A stretch of 64,000 bases of DNA from contig CABUTD010000002.1 in NCBI GenBank assembly GCA_902494405.1, forward strand, positions 20,428-84,427, in the 5' to 3' direction. The position numbers were made by a program, and so were the translations under genes. This DNA is from an uncultured Anaerostipes sp. Its GTDB lineage: Bacteria; Bacillota; Clostridia; Lachnospirales; Lachnospiraceae. Numbering within the stretch: position 1 is the stretch's first letter; every line of letters begins with the position of its first letter. The notes beneath the pieces are model-generated. The model saw only the letters and a program-made list of their open reading frames with translations. It was not told where the DNA came from and did not search any database. Shown here in pieces: positions 40,765-50,044 of this stretch.

Positions 40765-40802
40765 AAAGACGTTTTTTGATCCATATCAAAAAACGTCTTT
40801 AT
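40765..40802. terminator. Bidirectional terminator between the V-ATPase and mannitol operons
   Basis: A perfect 16-bp stem, AAAGACGTTTTTTGAT / ATCAAAAAACGTCTTT, with loop CCAT. Confidence 0.75.
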
Positions 40803-40849
40803 GGAAAGTAAATACTATGAATCCAGTCTCAGACAACATGTGCAGATCT

Positions 40850-41284
40850 TTAGACTTCCAAATTGCCAATAATATCTAAAATTTCCTGTTTTGTTTTGGC
40901 ACGGCGCATTTTTTCAATATTTTCTTCTTCACAAATGATTTCTGCAAGTTGTGTAAGGATATCCAGATGGGTACCGTCTTTTCCGGCAATCCCCATGACA
41001 ATGTAAGCAGGTTCCTCGCCGTACATTACGCCCTCCGGAACTTGAAGCAGTGAAATTCCGGATTTTTTTATGTATTGTTCCGAACCGTCGATGCCGTGAG
41101 GGATTCCAACGTTATTTCCCACATAGGTGGAAATCACCCTTTCGCGCTGATGCATACAGGAAATGTATTCCAAAGCCACATAGCCTTGCTCGAATAATAC
41201 TTCACCGGCTTTCTGAATCGCATCGGCCTTCTCCTTTAGAGAAACATTTAGTACAATGTTGTTTTCGTTAAAAATTTCGTTCAT
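40850..41284 (-). CDS. mtlF: PTS mannitol-specific EIIA component
   Basis: PTS_EIIA_2 fold with the active-site GIPHG and motifs ISLLQVPEGV and GIAGKDGTHLDILTQLAEI, close to Bacillus MtlF. Its start overlaps the mtlR stop. Confidence 0.8.
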   Translation of the reverse strand: MNEIFNENNIVLNVSLKEKADAIQKAGEVLFEQGYVALEYISCMHQRERVISTYVGNNVGIPHGIDGSEQYIKKSGISLLQVPEGVMYGEEPAYIVMGIAGKDGTHLDILTQLAEIICEEENIEKMRRAKTKQEILDIIGNLEV

Positions 41285-42818
41285 AATAGTCTCCTTTTCG
41301 GTTTAAAATTTCAAGTCTTCGTCGGGTCTCTGCCTTTTCTTTTTCATTGAGCAAGGGAGAAACACATAAATATTTGGATTCATCCAGATCCAATGGAACG
41401 GTTGAAATGATAAAATCATAATCTTCCAAAGTTTCGTCGTGCAGCTTATGAAGAGAAATAATTTTTTTTACATCAATTTCTGAAAATTCCCGTTCCAGGC
41501 GGCTGCGCAGCATTTTGGAGGAGCCGATTCCGGTGGAGCATACAACAAGCACTGAAATCGAGCGCTTGCTTAAATAATCCATGGAAGCGATAAAATAGAT
41601 TACAATATATCCCACTTCGTCTTCCGGAATGGAAATCGAGTGAAAGATTTCCAGAAAGCTTTGTTTCACAATTTCATAAAGCTTTGGATTGGATTGATAA
41701 ATTTCATCTAACATAGGGTTGGTAACGTTAATACCGCTTTGAATTCGCTCCATTGCCATGCTGATGTGAAGAAGCAAGTTTTCTGCAAGGTTTTTATCGT
41801 GGCTGAATGGAAAGCGGAATTTTGTTTCAACATCTCCAATGAGACAACTGATTTTATCAAGGCTTTGGAATACACTGACTTGCTGATGGCGTTCATAATG
41901 TGTTCGTCCCACATAAAGATGGATCATCCATTGGAAATACTCCTTCTCACTGTCATAAAGTGCGATTTCAAAATCATTCTTTAAAATACTCAAAATATCT
42001 GTTTGAAATTCCTGCTCGTAATCCTGATAATCCAGGGAAATATTCAGCTGAAGAATATTGGTTTGATTTTGCGTCAGCGGATGCCGTTTTATAAAAATGG
42101 AAATCAGGAGAAGAAACTCCTGAAGCTCCTGATCGGAAATATTAATATGCCGTTGATGTATTACTGAGCGAACTTTTTGATATAAAATTCGCAGAGGCTC
42201 TTCAAAGCCCCATCGGTTTAAAAATTCAATCAGAAAATTGGAATGATGTTTTTCATTTTTCATCCAGCCAAAGAAATTATCCGGAGATATATTTTCCAAA
42301 AGGACATTCACAAATAAATGCCGTTTGGGGATTTCATTTCCTGAAAGCCGCACGCCATAACTTTTCTTAGTTTCAAATGCAACATCATGGGTACGAATTT
42401 TTTCCTTTAAAATATGATAATCATTTCGGATGGTCTGGGCAGAGGTATTTAAGTCGATGGCAAGGGCCTTGGTTTTCATATAATCATCTTCGTTAATGAG
42501 CATAAGGAGCATAAGATCTACGCGTTCTTTTCCAGAATAAATCTGTTCGCTTTTTACATCTTCAAAGGCTTGGCTCAGTCTTTTGATATTGTAGAGAGAA
42601 CCAAAAATCATCATGCCTCTTCCGGAGGAATGATCCAGTGTTAAATCAAAGGATTCAATGATGTCTGTGACCTCCGGCATTTGACGGTAAATCGTCCGCT
42701 CAGTGACTTGAAGGTTTTTTGCCAAGTCGGAGATTGTCAGTGGTCCATTGGCATTCATCAAATATTCAATTATAGCTTTGGAGCGGTCAGAAATATACAT
42801 ATACACCTGTTCTTTCAT
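41268..42818 (-). CDS. mtlR: MtlR-like PRD-containing transcriptional regulator lacking the C-terminal EIIA domain
   Basis: An N-terminal HTH (LTISDLAKNLQVTERTIYRQ), two PRD-like regions and a terminal EIIB-like module (VLVVCSTGIGSSKM). The protein ends after about 516 aa. Confidence 0.75.
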   Translation of the reverse strand: MKEQVYMYISDRSKAIIEYLMNANGPLTISDLAKNLQVTERTIYRQMPEVTDIIESFDLTLDHSSGRGMMIFGSLYNIKRLSQAFEDVKSEQIYSGKERVDLMLLMLINEDDYMKTKALAIDLNTSAQTIRNDYHILKEKIRTHDVAFETKKSYGVRLSGNEIPKRHLFVNVLLENISPDNFFGWMKNEKHHSNFLIEFLNRWGFEEPLRILYQKVRSVIHQRHINISDQELQEFLLLISIFIKRHPLTQNQTNILQLNISLDYQDYEQEFQTDILSILKNDFEIALYDSEKEYFQWMIHLYVGRTHYERHQQVSVFQSLDKISCLIGDVETKFRFPFSHDKNLAENLLLHISMAMERIQSGINVTNPMLDEIYQSNPKLYEIVKQSFLEIFHSISIPEDEVGYIVIYFIASMDYLSKRSISVLVVCSTGIGSSKMLRSRLEREFSEIDVKKIISLHKLHDETLEDYDFIISTVPLDLDESKYLCVSPLLNEKEKAETRRRLEILNRKGDYYERNF

Positions 42819-42824
42819 TTTTTA

Positions 42825-44021
42825 TTATACAATCATCCCTCGAAGCTTTGCTTGATACGCTGTGAGTTCATAGATTAAATTGTTCAGAGATAATTGTTCA
42901 TTTGTAACTTTATCATAAAAATAAAGAATGTGCTCAAAAAGTTGTTCATTTTTATAAATTTTACATGTTGCTTCCAAAAGCTGCTGAGGATTTTGATCCT
43001 TCATGAAGGAAAGTGCAAGGGCAATGGCAAAGGAAAGATAAACAGGAGAGATGTTTTCTTTCTCACAGCTTCTTGCAGCGCCCACCAGACGGTCAGAAGG
43101 CTGTAATTTGCGCAGAGGTTCTCTTGCGACTCTTTGTATGGTATCTTTGAGATACGGATTTTGAAAACGATACAGCAGATCTTCCATATGTGCCTGTAAA
43201 TCAATAAAATCAATGTTATACCTTCGTGCAAGCATGAGAGCGCTTTCTGTCATGCACCCCTGAACAATTTTTTGAATTGCAGGATTTTGGGCAGCTTCAT
43301 GAATATAAGACACTCCTTCCCGCTGACCAAGAAAAGCGGTGGTAAGATGTGCCATATTGTGAAGATACAATTTTCGTTCTAAGTAGTAGTGAAAAGGTTC
43401 GTACGGAATGATTTTTTTGCAGTTTGGCAGTGCGCCTTTAAAAGCGGATTGATCAATTGGCAGGAAATCATAAGGCTCTACCCGGACGGCCAAAGGGTGC
43501 TCCCGGTTGGAGATGGAGGCAGGATCCGATGGAGGAACCATGCGTCCGATGGACGTTTCTACGAGCCCCAGGTTTTCTTTCAGCAGCGGATGATATTTGT
43601 CAGGAAGAGCATTCAGAAGATCTTGCCGTAGCAATACATCTGCATCCATCAGATTCTCACAAATCAGAAGATTCACAATGGCGGATGGATCTTTGTCCCA
43701 TCTTTGGATAAGTCCCTGTGCGAGAACCGGGGCAATTTTTGGAAGAACAGAGGCTCCGACAGATGTAGCGATGATATCGGCATCAGCGATTTCACAGGCG
43801 GCCGCCTGCACATTCTTGCCGTCAACAGCCCGAACGTTTTGAATCCAGTGAATGGATTGTTCCGGATTCATTATAATTTGGGGATATTTTTTTTCTATAT
43901 TGATTGTATGAATGACATCGTCGTTTACATCAATGAAAGTAACATCATAGCCGATTTCTGAAAATAATGCTCCGATAAAGCCTCGGCCAATGCTTCCGGC
44001 GCCATAGATAACTGCTTTCAT
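42825..44021 (-). CDS. mtlD: Mannitol-1-phosphate 5-dehydrogenase
   Basis: MKAVIYGAGSIGRGF Rossmann start, with length and position inside the mtl operon. ATG 44021 is preferred over TTG 44039. Confidence 0.88.
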   Translation of the reverse strand: MKAVIYGAGSIGRGFIGALFSEIGYDVTFIDVNDDVIHTINIEKKYPQIIMNPEQSIHWIQNVRAVDGKNVQAAACEIADADIIATSVGASVLPKIAPVLAQGLIQRWDKDPSAIVNLLICENLMDADVLLRQDLLNALPDKYHPLLKENLGLVETSIGRMVPPSDPASISNREHPLAVRVEPYDFLPIDQSAFKGALPNCKKIIPYEPFHYYLERKLYLHNMAHLTTAFLGQREGVSYIHEAAQNPAIQKIVQGCMTESALMLARRYNIDFIDLQAHMEDLLYRFQNPYLKDTIQRVAREPLRKLQPSDRLVGAARSCEKENISPVYLSFAIALALSFMKDQNPQQLLEATCKIYKNEQLFEHILYFYDKVTNEQLSLNNLIYELTAYQAKLRGMIV

Positions 44022-44094
44022 AAATTTTTTCCTTTTCAAAGAGTTGCCAAAGACTAAGAATAAAAATTCTTAGTCTTTGAAAGTTATAACGATC

Positions 44095-45534
44095 TTAAAG
44101 TTCGTTTTTGAAGCGTTCCACCAGTTCGTCATATTCCGGAGCCTTCAAATAATTTGAGATCGATAAATGCTGTTTCTTCGGCTGTGCCGCCTTTGCAGTT
44201 CCGGTAAGTTCAACATGTGTAATGACCAGATCCGCATCTTCCGGAATTTTTGAAATTGCAGTATTGATAACTTCAATCGGCAGGTCTGCAGCTTTTACTT
44301 TTTTCTTTAAAGCAGCGGCGGACATTGCAGAAGAGCCCATACCGGCGTCGCATGCAACGACAATTTTCTTAATCTTTTTAATGTCCACACCGGCAACTCC
44401 GAGACTGCTGTCATTTGTTGCAGCGGCAGACTCGTTTTTGGTACTGCCTGAATTTCCCATAGCTTCTTTTGGGATGACAGACTCTCCGAGAGAAGTATCT
44501 CCGCCTTTGGAAACCATACGTTTTACAAAAAATGCATTTAATACAAAAGATACCGCACAGGACAATACAACGCTTAAGATGACACCGAGCATACAGCTTT
44601 TTGGTGACAGAGCAAGTACGGAGAAAATACTTCCCGGAGAAGGCGTTGCAACAGTTCCGGCATTTAAGACGGTTAAGGTTCCGGTTCCGACAATTCCTCC
44701 GCCGATCATACCTATGATGGTCAGTGGGTTGGCAAGTACATAAGGGAAATAAACCTCATGGATTCCACCGAAGAAATGAATTAGAATCATTCCCGGAGCG
44801 GCTTCCTTCATTTCTCCCTTCCCAAAGAACCAGTAAGCCAGTAATAATCCAAGACCGGCACCCGGGTTTGGCACAAGCATAAACAGTGCAGAATGACCGA
44901 GCGTTTTTACCTGCTCGTAACCGATTGGTCCGAAAATACCGTGATCTAAGGCATTATTTAAGAACAGTACCTTTGCCGGTTCTACAAAGATTGCAGAGAG
45001 TGGTAATGCATTATGATCAACAATCCAGTTAACACCGCCTGTTAAAACAGAGGTAACAGTTTCCATTACCGGTCCGAATACCAACATTGCGATACAGCAA
45101 AGAATGGCTCCGATAATACCAAGTGAGAAATTGTTAACGATCATTTCAAATCCAGAAGGGATTTTCCCGTCTACTGCCTGATCAAATTTCTTGATGCACC
45201 ATCCGGAGACTGGACCAAGAATCATAGCGGCTAAGAACATTGGAGTTCCGTCAACTGCAACAATCGCACCCATTGTAACCAAAGCACCGATAACGCCGCC
45301 TCGGTCGCCGCCGGTCATTTTACCGCCTGTATGTCCGATCAAAATCGGTAGCAGGGAGTTTAAGATCGGGGTAATTAATTTTGCCAGTTTGGCATTGGGG
45401 GTCCATCCTGTTTCAAGGAAAAATGCGGTAATTAATCCGAATCCGATAAAAGCTCCGATATTTGGGATAACCATTCCGGCAAGAAAAGCGCCAAATTTTT
45501 GGAGTTTCTGAGAAATACTAGTTTTTTCTGTCAT
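44095..45534 (-). CDS. mtlA: PTS mannitol-specific EIICB component
   Basis: A multi-TM EIIC (FGAFLAGMVIPNIGAFI...) followed by a C-terminal EIIB carrying VACDAGMGSSAM. ATG 45534 lies 1 nt after the upstream stop. Confidence 0.9.
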   Translation of the reverse strand: MTEKTSISQKLQKFGAFLAGMVIPNIGAFIGFGLITAFFLETGWTPNAKLAKLITPILNSLLPILIGHTGGKMTGGDRGGVIGALVTMGAIVAVDGTPMFLAAMILGPVSGWCIKKFDQAVDGKIPSGFEMIVNNFSLGIIGAILCCIAMLVFGPVMETVTSVLTGGVNWIVDHNALPLSAIFVEPAKVLFLNNALDHGIFGPIGYEQVKTLGHSALFMLVPNPGAGLGLLLAYWFFGKGEMKEAAPGMILIHFFGGIHEVYFPYVLANPLTIIGMIGGGIVGTGTLTVLNAGTVATPSPGSIFSVLALSPKSCMLGVILSVVLSCAVSFVLNAFFVKRMVSKGGDTSLGESVIPKEAMGNSGSTKNESAAATNDSSLGVAGVDIKKIKKIVVACDAGMGSSAMSAAALKKKVKAADLPIEVINTAISKIPEDADLVITHVELTGTAKAAQPKKQHLSISNYLKAPEYDELVERFKNEL

Positions 45535-45535
45535 T

Positions 45536-45997
45536 TTATAGCTCTCCTTTTTCCATATAGTTTTCATTAATCATATCGATAAATTTCTGTTTGGAAGAAG
45601 CATTTAGAAATTGCTGTCTTTTCAGAGGATTGAGCAGGATATCTGTAACCTGCATTAATTCTTGAAGAGGATCATCCTCCCGACCGGAAATTCCAATGAC
45701 AAGTTTGACAGTTTCACCCTGATAGCAAATGCCATTGGAGAGCTTGACGATACTGATTCCGGGATGGAGAACATAACAAAGCGAATCTTCTGTTCCGTGG
45801 GGAATCATAACTCCAAGTCCAATGTATGTAGAATGTTCCTGTTCTCTTTTTAGCATGCCATGAATATATTCCTTCTGAATGTACCGGTTTTGCTCTAAAA
45901 GATCTCCAGCTTTATAAATTGCTTCTTCCGGTGTCTGACATGAAAAATTCAGACAAATGTTTTTTTGAAATTCATCGGTGAGAAGTTTGCCGGCCAT
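45536..45997 (-). CDS. Second free-standing PTS EIIA (mannitol/fructose type-2 fold)
   Basis: 153 aa, with an active-site-type MIPHGTE and motifs GISIVKL and VIGISGREDD. It is the first gene of the mtl operon. Confidence 0.72.
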   Translation of the reverse strand: MAGKLLTDEFQKNICLNFSCQTPEEAIYKAGDLLEQNRYIQKEYIHGMLKREQEHSTYIGLGVMIPHGTEDSLCYVLHPGISIVKLSNGICYQGETVKLVIGISGREDDPLQELMQVTDILLNPLKRQQFLNASSKQKFIDMINENYMEKGEL

Positions 45998-46017
45998 GCG
46001 CCCTTCCTTTCTGTTGC

Positions 46018-46033
46018 TTATAAACGTTTATAA
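46018..46033. promoter_or_regulatory. Perfect CG-centred 16-bp palindrome (cre/LacI-family operator-like)
   Basis: TTATAAACGTTTATAA lies 21-36 nt upstream of the first mtl operon start codon. Confidence 0.35.
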
Positions 46034-46552
46034 TACCTGATGGAGCGAATTTTATCAGCCTGCAAGGCTGTAAGTTTATGAACGCTCTTGAAGTATGGAT
46101 TTATGATAACGTAAAATTTGTATGAAAATCAATGCACATTAATGTCATATTTTTCAGAGACCACTGTGACAAAATTTTGTTTCGGGCTGAAATTTAAGAT
46201 GTTTTAACAAAGAATTAACCCAAAGAAAGAAAATGTAAAATACTTTACACACCCGAAAAACAATGGAAAATTCTGCTGTCTTGGTGTAAGAAAATTACAA
46301 ACGTCAAAAGGGCGGAACAAGGTTAACGGCAGGCGCTGAAATTCAGGGAAGAAGAGGACGCTTTCGCTGAGCTGTGTAATTTTGTTACATGAAGAATTGG
46401 TGAAAGGAAAGTAAAGTTTACATGGACGTTACAAGCCCATGATGTTTCCATGATGTTTTTCAAAAAAAGGCCGCTATAATGAAACATGTATTCAGACAGC
46501 GTTAAGAAAATCTTTATAAGATTCAGACAGGATATGAAGAAAAGGAGAAGAC

Positions 46553-49500
46553 ATGAGAAAAAGGATGGTCAGCAAAATATTGGTGTTAGCTATGATGGGG
46601 ATGCTGGGAGGAACCCCGGCGATACAGTCGGCAGTTCCGGCAAGGACTGTATCAGCGGCGGCTGTGAAGCAAAAGAAAGAGGAGAAGACTGTGATTCCAA
46701 AGGCTGATGTCATGGATGTAGACTTTGCAGACGGAACAGCGAAGGATACATCGGAGACGGCGAATACCTATACCGTTGTGGGAAGCCCGGAAATTAAGGA
46801 AAGCAGTGAATTGCATAAAAAGATTGCAGTGTTTGACGGAAACTCTGCATATAAGTACGGGTTTGACGCTGCGAAGTATGGAAAAATGACGCAGAACGCC
46901 ACCATTGAGTGTATGTTTAAGTATAACAGTCTTCCGTCGGGAGAATCTGATATTTTCTCAAATCAGCAAAGCGGCGGTCTCGGTCTGGGGCTGGATAACG
47001 GCACATTAACCTTTTTTGCACATGTGGGCGGCGGGTACCGCCAGCCCACTGCCAAAATAAAAGCCGGACAGTGGGTGCATGCAGTGGGAGTCGTTGAGGG
47101 TACTTCTGTAAAGCTTTATGTAAACGGAGAACGAAAAGCAACGGTAACGGCTCCGAGCGAAGGAATTAAGTTTACTTCTACGGAAGCGGCAAGGAACTTT
47201 CTGATTGGAGCAGACAGCAGCAGTAGCGGAGGCGCAGAATATTTTGCAAAAGGTTCCGTAAGCTTTGCAAGATTATACAGCGCTGCTTTAAGTGACGAGC
47301 AGGTGAAAGAGCTTAATGACAAAGCCTTTGAAGGTGCGGATCTTGACCAGACCGGTGTTTCCAAAGTCAATTTAAATCTGGTTGCGTCTGACACTGCGGC
47401 AGAATCAGCTCAGATGAATGTAAACCTTCATGCAAATACAGAAGATGTCAGCACAATCAATAAAATTACCTTTGATGTGAATTATGATCCATCCTGCGTA
47501 ACGTATGCCGGTGTCCAGCATAAGATGAGCGGTGTGACCATTGACAATGACACCGAAGGGAAATTGTCTGTGACAGTAAATAAAGAATTGGCGGCGGATA
47601 AAGTCAATGAGTTTCGTACCACAAGACTTGGAAAACTGAATTTCAGGACAAGAGGTGTGAAGGGAAATCGCAAAGCTGAATTTACAACATCAAATTTCAG
47701 AGCGTACACCGGGGATCTTGAGGTTACCGAGGATGCGCAGACAGCAGATGCAAAAAAAACTGTGACGATCTATGATAAAGATGCAATGGATTTAAACGGA
47801 GACGGCGTGATAGGAGCAGGGGATATTGCACTGGCAAAAACGGAGTCTCAGAAAACAGCGATTGCCCAAAAGGCAGCAATTTATCCGTATAAACACGCAG
47901 TCGTGCTCACTGTGGACGGGGGCGGACAGATTTGGAATCCTGATGAAATTTATTACACCACCTCCAACAGTCAGCTGCCAAAGAAGACCTCTGACCCGTC
48001 CATTATGGCAAAGCGGAAAAATACCTATGCAATGAACTTGATCAATCAGCAGTTTGCAGCCAGTTATACAGCACAGTCAGTGACTCCTTCTATTTCAGCA
48101 CAAAATTACAGTTCTATCCTTCATGGGGTGCCATGGGGAGATGTACCTTCGGAATATCAGGTAACTAATACGATTGCAGGACAAAAATATTATGCAGACT
48201 ACGGAAAATCCCAAGCAAAATATCCGTCTGTATTTCGAGCAATTCAAAAAGCATATCCGCAGCGGGAGATGGCAGCATTTGCTGAATGGACGGAGATTTT
48301 AAACGGTATTATAGAACCGGATGCTGCAGTGATCGGCAAAGGCTCCGCATCCAAACAAAGCTTCTATGATGTTGCAAAATATATTCAAAGTTCTGATTTT
48401 GAGAAGACGGCGCTTGTTTATATGCAAAGCGACTGGATGGATCATGTGGGCCATAGTACCGGATACTATAATGACAAATACTGGTCTGAACTTGCTCAGT
48501 ATGACGACTTTTACAAAGCCGTCATGGATGCATTAAAAGAATCCGGACACGAGGATGATACGCTGATTGTGACCAATGCAGATCACGGAGGAAGCGGAAC
48601 CAATCATGGCTCCCTGGATCCTTCCAATATGGATATTTTCATTGGAATCGGCGGACAGACCGTAGATTCCGGCAAAAAATTATCCGGAGGAACCAATGCA
48701 GATATTTCTCCGCTGGTACTGAATGCTCTTCGGATTGAGAAGCCTTCTTCTATGACAGGAAAAGTTTTTGACCAGAGTGCATTCTTAAGACAGGAACAAA
48801 TGTCAAAGAAAAAAAGAGAGGTAGAGAAGGTTACGTTTGAACGTCAGGGCAAAAATGCGGTAGTATCTTTGAGTAATCAAAAGCAGAAAACAAGAGCTGC
48901 AGATTTGGTTGTAGATCTGGATGGAAATAAGGTAAAAAGCATTCAGGTTCCGGATGGCGCAAGTGTTGTGAGAAATGTAGAAAAAAATGGAAAGCAGTAT
49001 ATTACACTTTCTTACGAAGAGCAGCCAACACAGATGGCAGTCCTTCATTTTGAAAAAACAGCGTCTTCAAAGGTTAAAATTAATGAAATTATGCTTGGTA
49101 TGGAAAACGGAGACGAGGTATACTCTGATCTTGAAAATAAACAGGGACAGGCGCAGACAAAGGTAACTCTTGATAAAACAAGTATCACCCTTGCGAGAAA
49201 TAAAAAAGTGGCGCTGACTGCGAAATTAGATGGTGAGAAGGCAGCGGCAAATGCTGTGACATGGAAATCATCCAATGAAAAGGCAGCGGTGGTAGACGCC
49301 AATGGAATTGTTACAGCAAAAGGAAACGGAAGTGCGGTAATCACAGCATCGGCAAAGGACGGAAGTGTTTCATCCGCTTCCTGTAAGGTAACCATACCTT
49401 ATGAAATTCGTTATGTGCTCAATAAAGGAACCAATGCCAAAACAAATCCCACAGCATATTATAATCAGTCGGTTACCCTGAAAAATCCAACCAGAAAGGG

Positions 49501-49897
49501 ATATGCCTTCCAGGGATGGTATACCGACAGCAAGTGGAAACATCCGATCAAGTCAGTGAAAAAAGGTATGGCAAAAAATTATACGGTTTATGCAAAATGG
49601 AGCAAAATCCGCGTTGGAAAACCAACGTTAAAAAGCCTTACGAAACTTGGAAAAACACAGGTCTATGTTCGTGTGAAAAAGGTTTCTCATGCGAAAGGAT
49701 ATGTGATCAAATATGCGTCCAATAAGAAGTATAAAAAAGCAAAATATCTTTATACAACATCTGCGGGAACGGTCTTAAAACGACTGAGTAAGAATAAGAA
49801 ATATTATATCAAAGTCAAAGCCTATGCGATAGATTCCGCAGGAAAAAAAGTATTCGGCGCATACAGTAAGACCAAGAAGAAATCCTTAAAATCCTAG
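46553..49897 (+). CDS. Secreted multidomain protein with an NPP/alkaline-phosphatase-superfamily core
   Basis: Domains read in order: signal peptide; LamG-like (FDGNSAYKY...LYVNGE...FARLYSAAL); cohesin-like; dockerin-like DLNGDGVIGAGDIAL; NPP-type motifs LTVDGGG, TPSISAQNYSSILHG, DWMDHVGHSTGY, NADHGG; Big_2 (VTWKSSNEKAAVVDANGIVTAKGNGSAVITA); Listeria-Bacteroides repeat (GYAFQGWYTD); basic FN3-like end. Confidence 0.8.
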   Translation: MRKRMVSKILVLAMMGMLGGTPAIQSAVPARTVSAAAVKQKKEEKTVIPKADVMDVDFADGTAKDTSETANTYTVVGSPEIKESSELHKKIAVFDGNSAYKYGFDAAKYGKMTQNATIECMFKYNSLPSGESDIFSNQQSGGLGLGLDNGTLTFFAHVGGGYRQPTAKIKAGQWVHAVGVVEGTSVKLYVNGERKATVTAPSEGIKFTSTEAARNFLIGADSSSSGGAEYFAKGSVSFARLYSAALSDEQVKELNDKAFEGADLDQTGVSKVNLNLVASDTAAESAQMNVNLHANTEDVSTINKITFDVNYDPSCVTYAGVQHKMSGVTIDNDTEGKLSVTVNKELAADKVNEFRTTRLGKLNFRTRGVKGNRKAEFTTSNFRAYTGDLEVTEDAQTADAKKTVTIYDKDAMDLNGDGVIGAGDIALAKTESQKTAIAQKAAIYPYKHAVVLTVDGGGQIWNPDEIYYTTSNSQLPKKTSDPSIMAKRKNTYAMNLINQQFAASYTAQSVTPSISAQNYSSILHGVPWGDVPSEYQVTNTIAGQKYYADYGKSQAKYPSVFRAIQKAYPQREMAAFAEWTEILNGIIEPDAAVIGKGSASKQSFYDVAKYIQSSDFEKTALVYMQSDWMDHVGHSTGYYNDKYWSELAQYDDFYKAVMDALKESGHEDDTLIVTNADHGGSGTNHGSLDPSNMDIFIGIGGQTVDSGKKLSGGTNADISPLVLNALRIEKPSSMTGKVFDQSAFLRQEQMSKKKREVEKVTFERQGKNAVVSLSNQKQKTRAADLVVDLDGNKVKSIQVPDGASVVRNVEKNGKQYITLSYEEQPTQMAVLHFEKTASSKVKINEIMLGMENGDEVYSDLENKQGQAQTKVTLDKTSITLARNKKVALTAKLDGEKAAANAVTWKSSNEKAAVVDANGIVTAKGNGSAVITASAKDGSVSSASCKVTIPYEIRYVLNKGTNAKTNPTAYYNQSVTLKNPTRKGYAFQGWYTDSKWKHPIKSVKKGMAKNYTVYAKWSKIRVGKPTLKSLTKLGKTQVYVRVKKVSHAKGYVIKYASNKKYKKAKYLYTTSAGTVLKRLSKNKKYYIKVKAYAIDSAGKKVFGAYSKTKKKSLKS

Positions 49898-49936
49898 AAT
49901 TATTTTTACAGGTTTAATTTCAGGTATCACTTATTT

Positions 49937-49987
49937 TCCCCCTTTCCAGGTCCGGTGAAAGCCGGTCATGGAAAGGGGGAATTTTTA
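49937..49987 (+). terminator. Terminator after the large secreted protein gene
   Basis: TCCCCCTTTCCA / TGGAAAGGGGGA 12-bp stem followed by ATTTTTAT. Confidence 0.75.
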
Positions 49988-50044
49988 TGCAACCTTGGCG
50001 CCGCTTACAATCCCGGAATGTGTCTTTTGGAAATTCTGATGATT

